From assembly GCA_031835245.2 (NCBI GenBank), contig JAVKOQ020000016.1, positions 124,001-188,000 on the forward strand: a stretch of DNA of 64,000 nucleotides. Reading direction: 5' to 3'. Origin of the DNA: Balamuthia mandrillaris (taxonomy: Eukaryota). How positions within the stretch are numbered: position 1 is the first letter of the stretch; every line of letters begins with the position of its first letter. Positions 19,071-31,800 of the stretch are shown in pieces. The translations under genes and the position numbers were made by a program. Under the pieces are notes generated by a model, which saw only the letters and a list, made by a program, of their open reading frames with translations, ran no database searches and was not told the origin of the DNA.

Positions 19071-21126
19071 ATGCGACAGGCCTCACAAAAGTACAAAGAT
19101 TTGGTGAGGAGCTTGTACAATGCTCGGGAGGCCCCCAAGACGCCTCTCCTCTCCATGAGGGTGAGCCGCCTGGCCTCGCAGCTCGATCCGGAGGGCTTGT
19201 GGGCTCCTGAATTTTTGGACAGCCGCTCCCGCACTCGCCGCGTGGTGGGCCTCAGGGACAGGTTCCTTCAAGAGGAGGATGAGGCCCTCGCGCAGCAGCT
19301 GGAGAAGCAGGTCAGCCGCGAGGCTGCCTTGCTCTACTCCGACAACCCCAGGGAGTTTGAGGAGATCTGCCGTGAGCAGGAGAAGGTCCGTGAGGAGGAG
19401 GAGGAGCAGGTTGCCGCCTACAAGGAGGCCTTTGCTCGCTATGATCCCTTTGTGGAGGAGAAGATTCGCAGCATCCAAAAAGTTAAACACAGCGACCTTG
19501 GAGACGTGAGCTCCTCTCACCTCTACCAGCAGCTGAAGGAGCTTGACGCCGGCGCTGCGCGCCTCTATCAAGAGGCCAAGGCCGCTCGTAACCCCACTCT
19601 CGATGACTTGCGTCGCTGGATCCCCGACGCCGCTGGTGTTCTTGCCAAGAACAAGGACTGGGAGGCCTTCTGGAGGGCCATGAAGAAGACCCAATCCGCT
19701 TTGGGATATGCCAATCTGCAAAGGTTCTACGACCCTCAGAACTACCTTCGTCAGCAGCAGAAGCGAGAGCAGATCAACAACATCTTTGCCAAGTACGGCA
19801 AGGGTTCTCCCTTGCAAGTATTGACGCAGCTCAAGCGGGAGATCAGCCAACAGCTCGACCGCGAGGAGGAGCAGCAACAGGCCCGCGCTAAGCGCAACGA
19901 ATTCATCGACATGGTCAATGCTGAGCTGGAGGAGAACGTGGTGTCCACCCCTCAGGAGGAGCGCCAGTATGAACAGTGGGTATTGTTGCACAGAAAGGTT
20001 AAAGCTGCCATTGCCGAGCTTGAACTCGAGGGAGGGTATGTTACTTCTATTTTTCTCTTCTCCTATTCTTTTTCTTATTTGTTCAATTTTTTTCTTGCTT
20101 TTTCTCTTTTTTATTTTCCTTTCTTTTCTTTTCTTTTCTGTTGTTCTTTCTCCATTGAACCCTCTTCGTTTCCTTTTCAAAACCGCCTAACTGTTATTTT
20201 CAACAAAACAAATAACAGAGAAAGAGATAGGACATACTACTCTCTCTTCAGAGATGAGAGAGAAGGACAGGCACCCGAGGTAATGCCCTCCCCTGCGGAG
20301 GTACTCCCCAACTACCCCGAGCTGCCCGACCGGCTCGCCACCTACAATAAGCTCATCAAGGACATGGACCACCTGCTTGAGGACAGCCGCCCCTGGTATG
20401 CTGAGAAGAACTTTTACCAAGGTGCTCCCTTGGAGCGTGTGCCCTTCCCCAAGATCCGCAGCGACATAGTTTCCTCCATGTTTAGCCAACAGGAGGAGCT
20501 GCAGCTGCGCTATCCTAACTGGCAGAAAGTGGAGGCGAGCCTTGGAGAGAGCCTCAACGTCACCTTTGTTAAGGACATCCTGGACGAGGCCCTCAGGAGC
20601 GCCCGCCCCCTCGAGGAGCTCACTTCTTTGGACGCCCTCGCCGAAACCATCGTGGAGGTGAAGAAAAGGGCCAAGCAAGGCGCCGCTCGCCCACAGGACC
20701 AGCAAGACTACGACCGGGCCGTTCAGCTGTTGAAACAAAGCAAGGAGCAGGCAGAGGCCTATAACAAGGCCCTCTGGTCCGGCAAGCTGCCCAACAGCGA
20801 ACGCTCTAAGAGGATAGCACAGGAGCTCTCTCAGAAGCCCAACGAGAAGTATGAGAATGCTGCTGCTGTAGCCGTACGTTTTCTTCTCTTTCTCTCTCTC
20901 CCTGCCCCTTTTTTATTTTCTCCTTTCTTTTGTCGTTTCTTTCTTTTTTTCTTGTCGTTTCTTTCTTTTTTGTCGTTTCTTTCTTTCTTTCTTTCTTCCT
21001 TTCTTTTTTTTTCTTCCTTTCTTTCTTCCTTTCTTTCTTTCTTTCTTTCTTCCTTTCTTCCTTTCTTTCTTTTTTTCTTCCTTTCTTTCTTCCTTTCTTC
21101 CTTTCTTCCTTTCAATCGCTCCCTCT

Positions 21127-21163
<37 letters not shown>

Positions 21164-21549
21164 GTTGAATGTTACTAATGTTTTCATGCCCCTTTGTTTT
21201 CCCTTTTCTCTCTTAGTTGCAAGTGGTGGATGAGCAGAAGGCGTTGGCGGAGCAAGCCATAAAAGAGTTTGAGGGTGTGTTGGACATGTTCCGTTCCCAA
21301 TGGCACAGGTTCTACACGGATACCTTTGACGACTTGTGGGCTCAACATCCCGAGTGGAGGGAGGAGTTCCTCAACGAGATGCGGCAGAACCGTTGGGATC
21401 CCGACGACTGGGAGCACAACTACAACCACGAGTTGGCGCAGAAGGACCTGCCCGAGTTCTTCAAGAAGAGGTACCCGCCTTTGCCCCGCCAGCAGACCCC
21501 TTTCATCAAAGACAGACCGGTAGAAACGGATCACCACCACCACCACTAA
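19071..21549 (+). CDS. ~650-aa helical protein with ATP synthase subunit d-like C-terminus (probably mitochondrial); exons 19071-20035, 20219-20873, 21217-21549
   Basis: Strong GC3 codon bias. TFDDLWAQHPEWREEFLNEMRQNRW resembles the subunit-d C-terminal motif (T.DD...HPE......E.....W). The true start may lie upstream. Confidence 0.6.
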
Positions 21550-21686
21550 AACGTAAAAACGAAGCGCTTTTCTCTTTCTTTTATAAACTTTCTCCGTTCT
21601 TGTTGTTTAGCTGTTCTTCCTTTTGTTTGTTTGTTTGTTTTTTTTTGCTTCTTGCCCTCTCCCCTCTCCCTCTATTCTTTGGGCTT

Positions 21687-21733
<47 letters not shown>

Positions 21734-21819
21734 GTTCTCTTTGTTGTTCTCTTCTCTTCATCGTTCGCTTCTCTTCGGCCGCATATTTTTCGTTTGTGTG
21801 TACAACAAAAAGGCGGGAG

Positions 21820-22257
21820 ATGGAGGGAGGAGGGGAGGGAACACCAGTGTTGCTGGCGGTGGCTGCGTCGACGCCGGTTGTGATGGAGCTGGTGTGGGTG
21901 CGAGGAACGGAGGAAGCTGTGAAAGACGCAACCAGAGGGCTGGGTAAGAAAGGCAGAACGAAAGGAGGCGCCTCCTCACGTACGCTTTCACCACCACCCA
22001 CCCCTCCACCTTTGGTCCTGCTGCTTCGCTGACGCAGCCCCCACTGAAGAACAGCAACAGCATAGGGTTGTGACTTGGGTGGCAGACCCGAAGGACAGCA
22101 CTCCTCTCGGGAGGTTCAAGAAGATAACGATGCTGGACGACTTCCATTATCAACGGTGGCGACCCCAAGACGACGACGCTGAGGTCGAATATCTGCTTTG
22201 CGCCGCTCATGGGCTCGACGTTCGAACGGCGAGGAACCACAGGTAACTCGAGGGAGA

Positions 22258-22351
<94 letters not shown>

Positions 22352-23625
22352 AGAGGAGCAAAAGAGAGGAGCGAAGAGAAGAAGAGAGCAAAGAGGCAAG
22401 ACTTATTGACCAAGCATCTATCGCTTGTTAAAGCGTTCTCTATTGTGTGCCCAAAGAGGCGGGGGAACAGGAGCTGGAGTGCAGTTTCATCGGCGCCAAG
22501 CAAGACCCAAGTGTGACCCAGGATATGCCGCAGGCCACGCTCGATATTTTGAGCAAGTGCGATGTGTGGAACCGCTTCGTTCAGGGCAAACCGATACGCA
22601 CCGACTTTGAAACGGCCGTCAAGGTCATCTACATCTGCTTCGTGGAGGAGACGGACGAGGGCATCGCCTTTGCTAAGCTCGAACAAGAGAAATCGAAGAG
22701 CAAGAAAGGGTCGGATGAGGAGAAGAAAGACAGCGGCGCTGGGGCTACGTCAGAGAAGCAACCAAAGGAAGCGGAGGAGTGGGCGCGAGTGAAAGCGTAC
22801 GTGGGGCAGGCGCGCACCCTGCGATACAGATGGGGTGCCCACGCCGCCACTTCAGGCACGACATCGCACCTCAGGGACGTCATGCGGTGCCTCGAAGGCG
22901 CGACGATGCTCGATGTGGACGCGGTGAAAAGGACCGCGCTGTGCGACAGAGCGATAGCGAGGAGCTATTTGGATCGGCTGCAGGCAGTGAAGAACGAGGT
23001 GGACGCGATGCGAGCCAAAAAAGCCAAGAACGAGGCCATGAACGAGAAGCAACGAGCCAAGCGCGCGCAGCGGCAACAGGAGAAGCGGAACAAAGAAGCC
23101 GAGGAGGAACTGGTGAAGAAGAAGCTGGCCGAAGAGGCGAGTGCACAGCTTAAAGCAGAACAACACGATACGAACGAGAAGGAGGAGAAGGAACGGCAGA
23201 AAGGAGAAAAGGACGCAACCACCACATCGCCACCAAAGCGACCAAGAATGACAAAAGAGGAACGACAAAAGATGCGGGCAGAAGCAAAGAAGCTAAAAGA
23301 GATTGAGAGAGAGAAAGAACGGAAAAAGAAAGAACACGCGAAAAAACTACAGCAAAAGGAGAAAGAGAAAGAGAGACAGAAAAACCAAAAAGCAAAAGAA
23401 AAGGCGAAGCAGAAAGACGAGGCGTGGGTGAGAGGAGAAGAGAGGATGTACATAGAGGCGTGCCGAGTGTGGCTGTTCGTGTTGGAGGAGAACGTCGAGG
23501 ACTTGGACGCCAGAGAGACCTATTGGATAGAGCGACTGCGGCTGCAGGATATGCGTGTGGGCTACAATGTGCAATCGGGCAGAGGCGAGAACACGAACAA
23601 CCACTGGAGTTCCTCCGCCACTTGA
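21820..23625 (+). CDS. GIY-YIG nuclease-domain protein; exons 21820-21979, 22038-22242, 22434-23625
   Basis: VIY...AYVGQA..LRYRW..H...VLEE...LDARETYWI......GYN; two frame-preserving GT-AG introns. Confidence 0.75.
22262..22347. repeat. (GA)n microsatellite in an intron, representative of many (CT)n/(GA)n tracts in the window
   Basis: About 43 perfect dinucleotide units visible directly. Confidence 0.95.
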
Positions 23626-23736
23626 GAGAGGAAGCAAAAGAAAAAAAAGCAAAGCAAAAGGAATAGGAATAGTCATAATAATTTTATACAAACAAAACAC
23701 AAAAAAACACAGAAGCATGGGTCTCACCTTTGTCAG

Positions 23737-25942
23737 TTAGTTAGAGGAACGTTGTTGCTGATGATAAGACCGGAAGAAGGGATGCCGGAGAGCCTCCTCC
23801 GGTGTGATGCGTTTCCGCGGATCCAACGCGGTGGTGGCGTGCAACAGCTCCACAAAGTGGTGCAGGTCGCTGGCATCGTCCGCAGCGCCCGCCACCGCCA
23901 TCACCTCCTTTTTCACTCGATCCTTTTTCTTTGTGGCCGCTTCATTCTGCAAGTACGTCACCACTTTGACCATCACCTTTTGTTGCTGTGGTTGCTCGAT
24001 GGCAGCAGGTGAAGACTGCAGCGGTTCTGATCCAACTTGTTGCAAAAATTGAAAGTTGGAGTTAAAGTGTTGAGTGGCAAAGTGGCTTTGACGAAGAAGT
24101 TTCTTGGGAAAAGGACCTTTGGCTTCTTGAAAGAGCCGCAGCATGTCGTTGTTGCTGTTGCCTTGAAACATTGGTCTTCCGGTGTAAAGCTCAAAGAGAG
24201 TCACCCCAACGCTCCACATGTCATAAGCGGGGGATAAGAAAGAAGAGAAAGATGCGGAAGAAGAAGAAGAAGAAGATGAGGCATCGTGGTGGGGAAGGCC
24301 CAAGATGACCTCAGGGGCGCGGTACCAGCGGCTACCGACGTAAGGGGTGGCAGAGGTGTTGTTGCAGCAGGTGTCCTCGAAGAAGCAAGCGCTGCCAAAG
24401 TCTGCTAATTTGCAGTGCACATTGCTCTCATCGACCTTCAGAAAAAAAAAGTCAGAAAAACAAAAAAAAGAAGAAAGTGATAAAGAACAAGCGTACCAAG
24501 ATGTTATCAGGTTTGATGTCACAATGGAGGACGCGGCATTGTTTGAGGTGATAGAGAGCACAAAAGAGTTTAAAGGCGTAGAGTTTAACAGCGTTGAGAG
24601 GAAAGCCAATGTTCTTACCGTGCTTTTTCAACAATTCTCTCAGGTTTACACTTTAGAATAAAAAAAGAACAATATGAAGTTAGTCATTGCAACACCAATA
24701 TAACAAAAGAGAGGAATAAAGAGGGGGGAAGTACCTCATTGGCTCAAAGACCAAACAAAGATGATCCCTGTCCTCAAAGTGAGAGAGAAAGCGAATGCAG
24801 CAGCTCTTCTCCGGTTCACCAATCGAGGAGAGCCGCTGCAAAATGGCAACTTCCTGTCTGCCTGTTCTCTTCATGGCCTCATTGTTGCGCATCAACTTGA
24901 CAGCCACCTCTTCTTTCTCTTTCTCCTCTTGCTGCAGATCCTGTGCTCTGACGACAACGCTGAATACACCTCTTCCAAAGGTGGAGAGTACCTTATAGCG
25001 ACCAGCGGGGCCCAAGAGCTCTCCAAAGCGAGGGCAGTAATAGCCTTCCGTGTCGTTTTGGAGCTCCCCGCCCTCCACCATTGCTGCTGTAGCACTCGGA
25101 AGAGGAATAGACTCGCAGCAGTCCGAAAACATGTCAAACAGGTCTTCCTCTTTGTTACTGTTGTTGTCTTTCTTGACTTCCTCAGCGACAGCTGTTGTCG
25201 TCACGTCCTGCAAAACAGTAGAGTTATTACTCAACAAAGAACTTTGGTGGGACTGATGTTGTGGGCTTTGCCTGTTCTTCTCGTTTGTCTCCTCTTCCAC
25301 GACCGTCGTTTCGCCAGCGGAGGACAACTGTGGTGCATGTTGTGATGGTTGCTGCTGAGAATGATCGGAGGAAGAGGAAGAGGAAGAGGGGGAGGAAGAT
25401 TTGGAATACTTGGCCAAGATGGCTTTCCGCCGTTCCAAGCGTTGCCTGCGAAGCTCCTCCTCGCTCTGCTCCTGTTTTTGTTGTTGTTGCAGTTGTTGCT
25501 CCACCAGGCGCTGGTACTCCTGCTGTCGTTCCGTCTCTAAGAGAGTAGGAGAGTTTTCGGTTTGCAGGAGAATGGGGGTGGTGAGCGGAGATTCATCATT
25601 CGCAGAGGAAGAGGAATAAGGGGAAGAAGAATAGTCTTGTTCTCTGCTGCGGCTGCGGCTCTCTCGCCCTCGGTCTTCTCTGTAAGACCGACGATCGTCA
25701 TACCGGCGGTCGCGGTGACGGTGAGAGCGATAGTCTCGTTTGTGCTTTTCCCTAGAACTGTCTGTCGTTCGTTCGACTCTGGCTTTCTTTGAGGCAGAAG
25801 AAGCGGACGAGGGAGAACGAGAGCGATCCGATCGGCGATGATGATGTTTATGGTACGAAGAGGAAGAAGAAGAGGAGTATCGATCGTAAGCTTCCTCCTC
25901 GTGAGGTCTTTTTCTGTAGGAAGATCGGGAGGCTACTTTCAT
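23737..25942 (-). CDS. PRP4K: PRP4-family pre-mRNA splicing kinase; exons 25942-24735, 24650-24497, 24435-23737
   Basis: RS-rich N-terminus, EGYY, GRGVFSVV, HLCLVFEPM, NLRELLKKHGKNIG, HCDIKPDNIL, DFGSA, SRWYRAPE, FQGNSNNDML. Confidence 0.9.
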
Positions 25943-26594
25943 TTCTGTTGCCTGATGGTTTTTTTTTATAAAATGTGTCTTTACTTGATGATTTTAAAAA
26001 AATAAATAATCGAAAGGGGGGGGGGGAGAAAAAAAAAAAGATTAAAGTGAGGGTCTTTCTTTGTTTCGGCTCTTGCAACAGCCTTCTCTGTCTCTTTTGC
26101 TTTGCTTCTCTTCTTTTTTTTTTTTTGGGAAAGAAAAGGAATGGAATATTTTGCTTGAGGGGTAGAAACAATTTGGTGACGTGTCGGTTGGGGATTGGTG
26201 AAAAAATCGTTGTCATGGAGATAACCATTTTAGGTGAAAAATTTGGAGGATCTGTATTTTCCTAATATGTCCATTTTGATCTGAGCCGCTTTGAAAAACC
26301 ATTGGATGAGAGCGTTCTATAAAAGGATCTTACCAAATCTGTAAAAACCTGTTTAGCCAACAATGCAGAGATCCCCCCCAAAAAAAAAATAGATAAAGAA
26401 AGTTACTGAGAAGTGGAAAGAGGTATAAAAAAAAACCTGGAAGACCTTGGCCAAAGGGAGACGAACTCAAACGAGACTTTGCTTTGGATTTTTGTTGTAA
26501 AAAGAACCAACAAGGAACGAACCGTTCGAAACGGAGGAACCGGCTGGGCTTGCAAGGAAGTGTTCCTCTATGAGCCCTAGTATCCTCAAAGACA

Positions 26595-27752
26595 ATGCTC
26601 AAGCTCACACGGTATCGCCGGTCGATCTTCCTTCTTATACTTATCGGTTCTGTATTTTGGTTGGGACTGTCGTGGAGCGTCGGAAACAGTTGTGACAAAG
26701 ATAACGAATACGCCATCGAAAGAGGAGAGATGGAAGAAGACGAAGTTGAATACACGCCGTACACGGAAGAAGGCGAGGAATACGAAATCCCTTTACCTCA
26801 ACAACTCATACATGCAGATTACGAACGCGCCACAGAAGAGTCTTCCCCTACACCTCCTCCCCCTTCAACGCACCTCAACTCCTCCTCTAACTCTACATCC
26901 TCTTTTGTTTCTACCTGCCCCCAGGAGTTGCACTGCACCCTCGAGTATGACATCCGCATCATCACTGTAGATCGACCCGACCGTGACACCCTCATCCTCA
27001 ACACGCTTCTCTCCTGGATGCTGACCGACGGCGGCGCCACGACCGACAGCATTCACATCTATCCAGGCTCTGGCAGCGCTGCTCACCTGGGACCCTTCCT
27101 GCCCCTCAAGGACAGGCTCTACATTCACCCTATCGACTTGGATGAGCTCAAGAAGGTGCCAGATCACAGAACAGCCAGGAAGGCCACGTACAACTATTAT
27201 CGTGCCCTGAACGATGAGCATCGGATACCCCGCAACAAGTTCAAGTACACCATCCCTGTCCTGGCCAACCGCAGGGGCATGCAGGAAGGCAAGGGCTGCA
27301 CGTGCGACGAAATGGGCGTGCCGGGAGGAGTTCTACTGCTGGAGGACGATGTGCTCTTCTCCAGGAATTTTTTGAGCATCCTAGTGGATACCCTTCACGA
27401 GATAGTCACCAGGTACCCCAAACCTCCTGCCATACTCTCCATGTACGTTCCCAACTACCACAAGCGAAGCATCCCTCGGGGGAAGTTCTATTGGAACAAG
27501 GGCTTCTGCTGCACTCAGGTCATGTACTTCACGGACGACGCCCTGCCGGCCAGCCGGAGGGTCTTGGAGGCGGATTGGGGCAACGGAGCCCTCTTCGGGC
27601 AGCCCTATGACCTGGCCTTGAAGAACCTGCACCGCAACGGCACCGTGCGGATCTATCGAACCACCAAGCCGGTGGTTCAACACACCGGTGCTGGCAAGTC
27701 CACCGGGCTGGGGCGCAAACACCACAACGGCAAGTTTGATATCAACCTGTGA
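26595..27752 (+). CDS. Type II membrane glycosyltransferase-like protein (GT-A fold)
   Basis: N-terminal signal anchor, Ser/Pro stem, LLLEDD (DxD-like) motif and C-terminal VQHTG..ST motif; single exon, 385 aa. Confidence 0.7.
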   Translation: MLKLTRYRRSIFLLILIGSVFWLGLSWSVGNSCDKDNEYAIERGEMEEDEVEYTPYTEEGEEYEIPLPQQLIHADYERATEESSPTPPPPSTHLNSSSNSTSSFVSTCPQELHCTLEYDIRIITVDRPDRDTLILNTLLSWMLTDGGATTDSIHIYPGSGSAAHLGPFLPLKDRLYIHPIDLDELKKVPDHRTARKATYNYYRALNDEHRIPRNKFKYTIPVLANRRGMQEGKGCTCDEMGVPGGVLLLEDDVLFSRNFLSILVDTLHEIVTRYPKPPAILSMYVPNYHKRSIPRGKFYWNKGFCCTQVMYFTDDALPASRRVLEADWGNGALFGQPYDLALKNLHRNGTVRIYRTTKPVVQHTGAGKSTGLGRKHHNGKFDINL

Positions 27753-27864
27753 AACTCCAACGCTCCTGTGAGCTTCCCTTTCTTCTCTTCTCCGCCTGAA
27801 ACAACCAAGTGGACATTACCGAGATTCGAACCGGAAACTTGTCGACTGTATTTATTTATATATA

Positions 27865-27991
27865 TGACCGACGAGCAATGGTTGCGTTTGGCGGTGGTCC
27901 TTGTCGACACTAATTTTTCCCGCGAAAAGTAGCAGGGAAGCGCAAGCACTTTTTTGCTGCCCTCTGTGCCCTTGCCATTTCGTTTCAGTCA
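27865..27991 (-). repeat. Dispersed ~120-nt structured repeat, copy 2, flanked by 35-bp direct repeats (27812-27846, 28023-28057)
   Basis: Collinear similarity to 18439-18554; its ends are imperfect inverted repeats (TATATGAC...GTCATATA). Confidence 0.8.
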
Positions 27992-28505
27992 TATATTTTT
28001 CGGAATGAGAACCAACCAAATAGACATTTCCGGGATTCGAACCGGAAATTCGTCGACGTTTAATATAATGCCGACGTCATTTATCCCCTTTTTTTATATT
28101 GGTTTTCTCTTTTCATTTTTGGTGGTGAAAACAACGTGCATTGTGTTTGTGCAGCGGTAGTGGTTGTGGCAGTGGTGGTGAAACCCTACGACTGCGTAGT
28201 GGAGTAAAGTGTTTTTTTTTTTTGGTGTGCGTGTGCCTGTGGTGCTGCTTGTAAAGAAGAAGAAAAAACTTTCCTCTTTGTTGCTTGAAGAAGCTTTTCT
28301 TAAAAAAATTACAGAAAAAACGAGGTAATCAGAACTTCTCTCTCTCTCTCTCTCTCGCTCTCTCTCTCTTCTCTATCTTTCTCTCTTTCTCACTCGAGTT
28401 CTTTCTGTAGCAGCTCTGGCTAACAACCTCTTTTTTATATTATTGCTTCTCTCTCCATCATCTATCCTGTAGCACAACCACAGAGCGAACGAAGCAACCA
28501 AGACA

Positions 28506-28838
28506 ATGGAGTCTCTGCTGCAACAACTCGAAGTACTGAGTGCTGGCAATGGCTCTTTGCTTGCGGCGCTTCTGTCCGTCGCTACAGTTGCTACCCTTGT
28601 CGCTGTTGTCTACTACGTTGTGCAAAGGAGAGGCAAACAACAAGAAGAGGAGAACGACAGCAACCAAGCAAACACAAAAGGAGAGTCAAGCTCTTCTTCT
28701 GCTTCTTCGTCGTCTCCGTCAGTAGCTCCACATTCGCCTTTTAAGAAGAAACGAGGCAGAGGAAAAGGCAAAGGCAAAGGAGGAAGAAGAAGTCGAAGTG
28801 TCAGCGTCGACAATAAGAAGGATGAACAAAAGCAAAAG

Positions 28839-28873
<35 letters not shown>

Positions 28874-31800
28874 ACCACAAAGCAAGGAAGATGAGGAGAA
28901 CGCGAAGAGGGAGAAGCAAAAGATTGAAGAGCAGATCCTACAGGAGCTACAAGAGCAGGCTGAGAAGGCGCGCCTCATGGAGGACGAGAAGAGAAAGAGA
29001 GAGGAGGAAATGAGACAGAAGGCAGAAGAACAGAAGAAAGAGGCCTTGGAGAAGAGAAAGATGAAGAAGAAACAAAAGAAAGCACAAGAAGCAGCTCAGG
29101 CAGCGATCAATGCTGAGAAGAAAGCAGAAGAGAAAAGAAAGGAAAAGGAAAGGAGGCGCCAAGAGCAGTTACTTTTTGAGGAACAAAAAAGGCTTGAAAA
29201 AGATGAGCGAAGAAGAAAGCAACAGGAGGAAGAGAAACTCGCACAGGAAAGAAAGTTGCAAAAGCAGAAGGAAAAAGAGGAGCGATTGAAGCAACAAGCC
29301 GAAGAAAAGAAGAAACGCGAAGAAGAGAGAAAGAAGCAAGAAGCAGAAGAGCTCCGTAGGAAAGCGGAGGAAGCAGCTGCAAGGCAAAGAATAGAGGAAG
29401 AGAAGCGAAAAGAAGAGGAGAGAATGAAGAAGAGAGCTGAAGAAGAAGCAGAGAAGCAAAGACACGCAGAAGAGGAGCGTCAACGTAAAGAAGCTGAACA
29501 AAAGAAAAGAATGGAGGAAGAACGCAAAAAGGAAGAGGAGCGCCAAAACCAGGCAGAAGCAGAAAGGCAGCGAGATGCGGAGGAGCAACAGAGACGCATT
29601 CAAGAGGAGGAACGCCTACGAAAAGAAGAGGAAGAAAAAAAGAGATTGGATGAGGAAGAACGATTGAGGAAAGAAGAGGAAGTAAGAAGACGATTGGAAG
29701 AAGAGGAAAGGAAAAGATTGGAAGAGGAAGAGCGGAAGAAAGAGGAAGAAGCGGAGATAAGGAGACGGGAAGAAGAGGAAGCAGAGAAGAAGAGGTTGGA
29801 GGAAGAAGAAAGGTTGAAGAAAGAGGCTGAAGAAGCAGAAAAGCAAAGACTTCTAGAGGAAGAAAAGAGAATGCAGGAGGAAGAACAGTTGAAAAAGGAA
29901 CAAGAAGAGGAAGAGAGAAAGAGAAAAGAATTGAAGGAGATAGAAGAAGCAGAGAAACAAAGAGTAGAGGAAGAGAAGAAAAGGGAAGAAGAGGAAGAAC
30001 GCAAACGACTTGAGGAGGAAGAGCGATTGCGCCTAGAGGCAGAAGCGGAGGAGCAAAGATTGGAGGAAGAGAAGAAGCGTCAAGAAGAGGAAGAACAACA
30101 AAGACAGGAGGATGAAGAAAAGCGGAGATTAGAAGAGGAAGAACGACTGAGTAAGGAGGAAGAAAGAGAACAGCTTGAAGCGGAGAGATTGCGAAAGAAA
30201 GAAGAAGAGGAGAAACGATTGGAAGCAGAGAGGCTACAGAAGGAAGAAGAAGATAGGAAAAGACAAGAAAAAGAAACAAAACTGTTTAAGCAAGCAGAAG
30301 AAGAGGCGTTAATGCAAGAAGCCGAAAGTGTCGTGCGCTACTATTACCCATTTTCAGGCGTCGCCGCTTATATTGAAGAGGAAACTACAAAAGGTGCAAA
30401 CGGTGAAGAGGAAAGGAAACTACACGAAGCGGAAGAGCAGCTGAGAAAACAAGTGGAAGAACAATTGAGAGAGGAAGATGAGGCGGCACAACGAAAACGA
30501 GTGCAGGAAGAAGAAGCAGCAGCAGAAGAGCTGAAACGCTGGCAGCAAGCGGAGGAAGAGGCTTTGGTGCAAGAGGCCGAGAGTATCATTCGCTATTATC
30601 CATTCTCTAGCGTCTCCGCTTTTGTCGAACAGGAAGCGACAGACACGCACGAAGAAGACGAGAAAGAGAAAGCCTACGAATCTGGTGAAATGGAGAGGAA
30701 ACAACTAGAAGAAGCAGAACGATGGAGAAAAGCAGAAAGAGAGCAAATGCGAAAGGAAGAGGAAGCGGCAGAAAGGAAGAGACTGGAGGAGATAGAACAA
30801 CAAGCAAAAGAAGAAGAGAGGAGGCGATGGAAGGAAGCGGAGGCTAATGCTTTGATGCAAGAAGCCGAGAGCTTCGTTCGCTACTATTACCCTTTCTCAG
30901 GTGTGCCTGCTTTTGTAGAAGAGGAAACAACGGAAACAAAAGAGGGAGAACCTGAAAGAAAGAACGCCTCTGAAGACAGAGAAGAGAAGAAGGAGGAAAG
31001 GCAACGACAAGAAGAGGAAGAAAAAGCACAATTGAAGGAGGAAGACGCCCAACGGAAACGCCTACGAGAGGAAGAGAAGAGGCAGTCGATAAAAGCGGAG
31101 GAAGATAAGTTACTACAAGACGCTCTCGCCAACGAAGCCGAGAGCGTCGTTCGCTACTATTACCCCTTCTCAAGCATCTGCGCTTTTGTGCAAGAACAGG
31201 AAAGCAAGAAAGCCATCAACGACGAGGAGGAGGAAGGAGAAGAAGCACTTCCTTCTCTCCGGAAAGCTGAACGGAAACAGGAAGAAAACTCGCAGAATGC
31301 GACACACGAACACCAAGTCGAGGACGCTCTTCATAAAGCTGCTTCTTTTGTGGAAAAAGAAGCTATACAAGAACAAGAAAGCCAACAACAACACCACGCA
31401 AACGAAGAAGAAGAAGAGAGACGACTGGTCATGGCTCTATCGGATGGAGCCAGCAAGTTGATGCTCTTTTCTCCGTTTGCAAGCTTAGCGGGTGGTGTGG
31501 AAGAAGAACCACAAACGACAACGCATCAACATGGACCACAGGATGACCTTCATGCATACTTTCCACAAAAACAAGAAGCATCTGCGAAACGATCACCCTC
31601 GCCGTCATCACCATCGCCGTTGTCATCGTCGGCAACAAGTCCACGCGAAGGGCAGCCACCGGTAGAGTTTTCAGATGCTGAAGTGGCCATGCTCGTTGAA
31701 ATGGACAGAGTTGGAGACCACAAACATAGCGAGCAGGACCAAGAGAATGAACAACAACAAGAAGAAAAGGAAGAAATCGAAAAGTCAAGTGATGAGGTTC

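Noticed and set aside
21533..21546. His-tag or vector contamination (HHHHH*)
   Set aside because: A natural CAC run at the end of a spliced genomic gene, with no vector sequence nearby.
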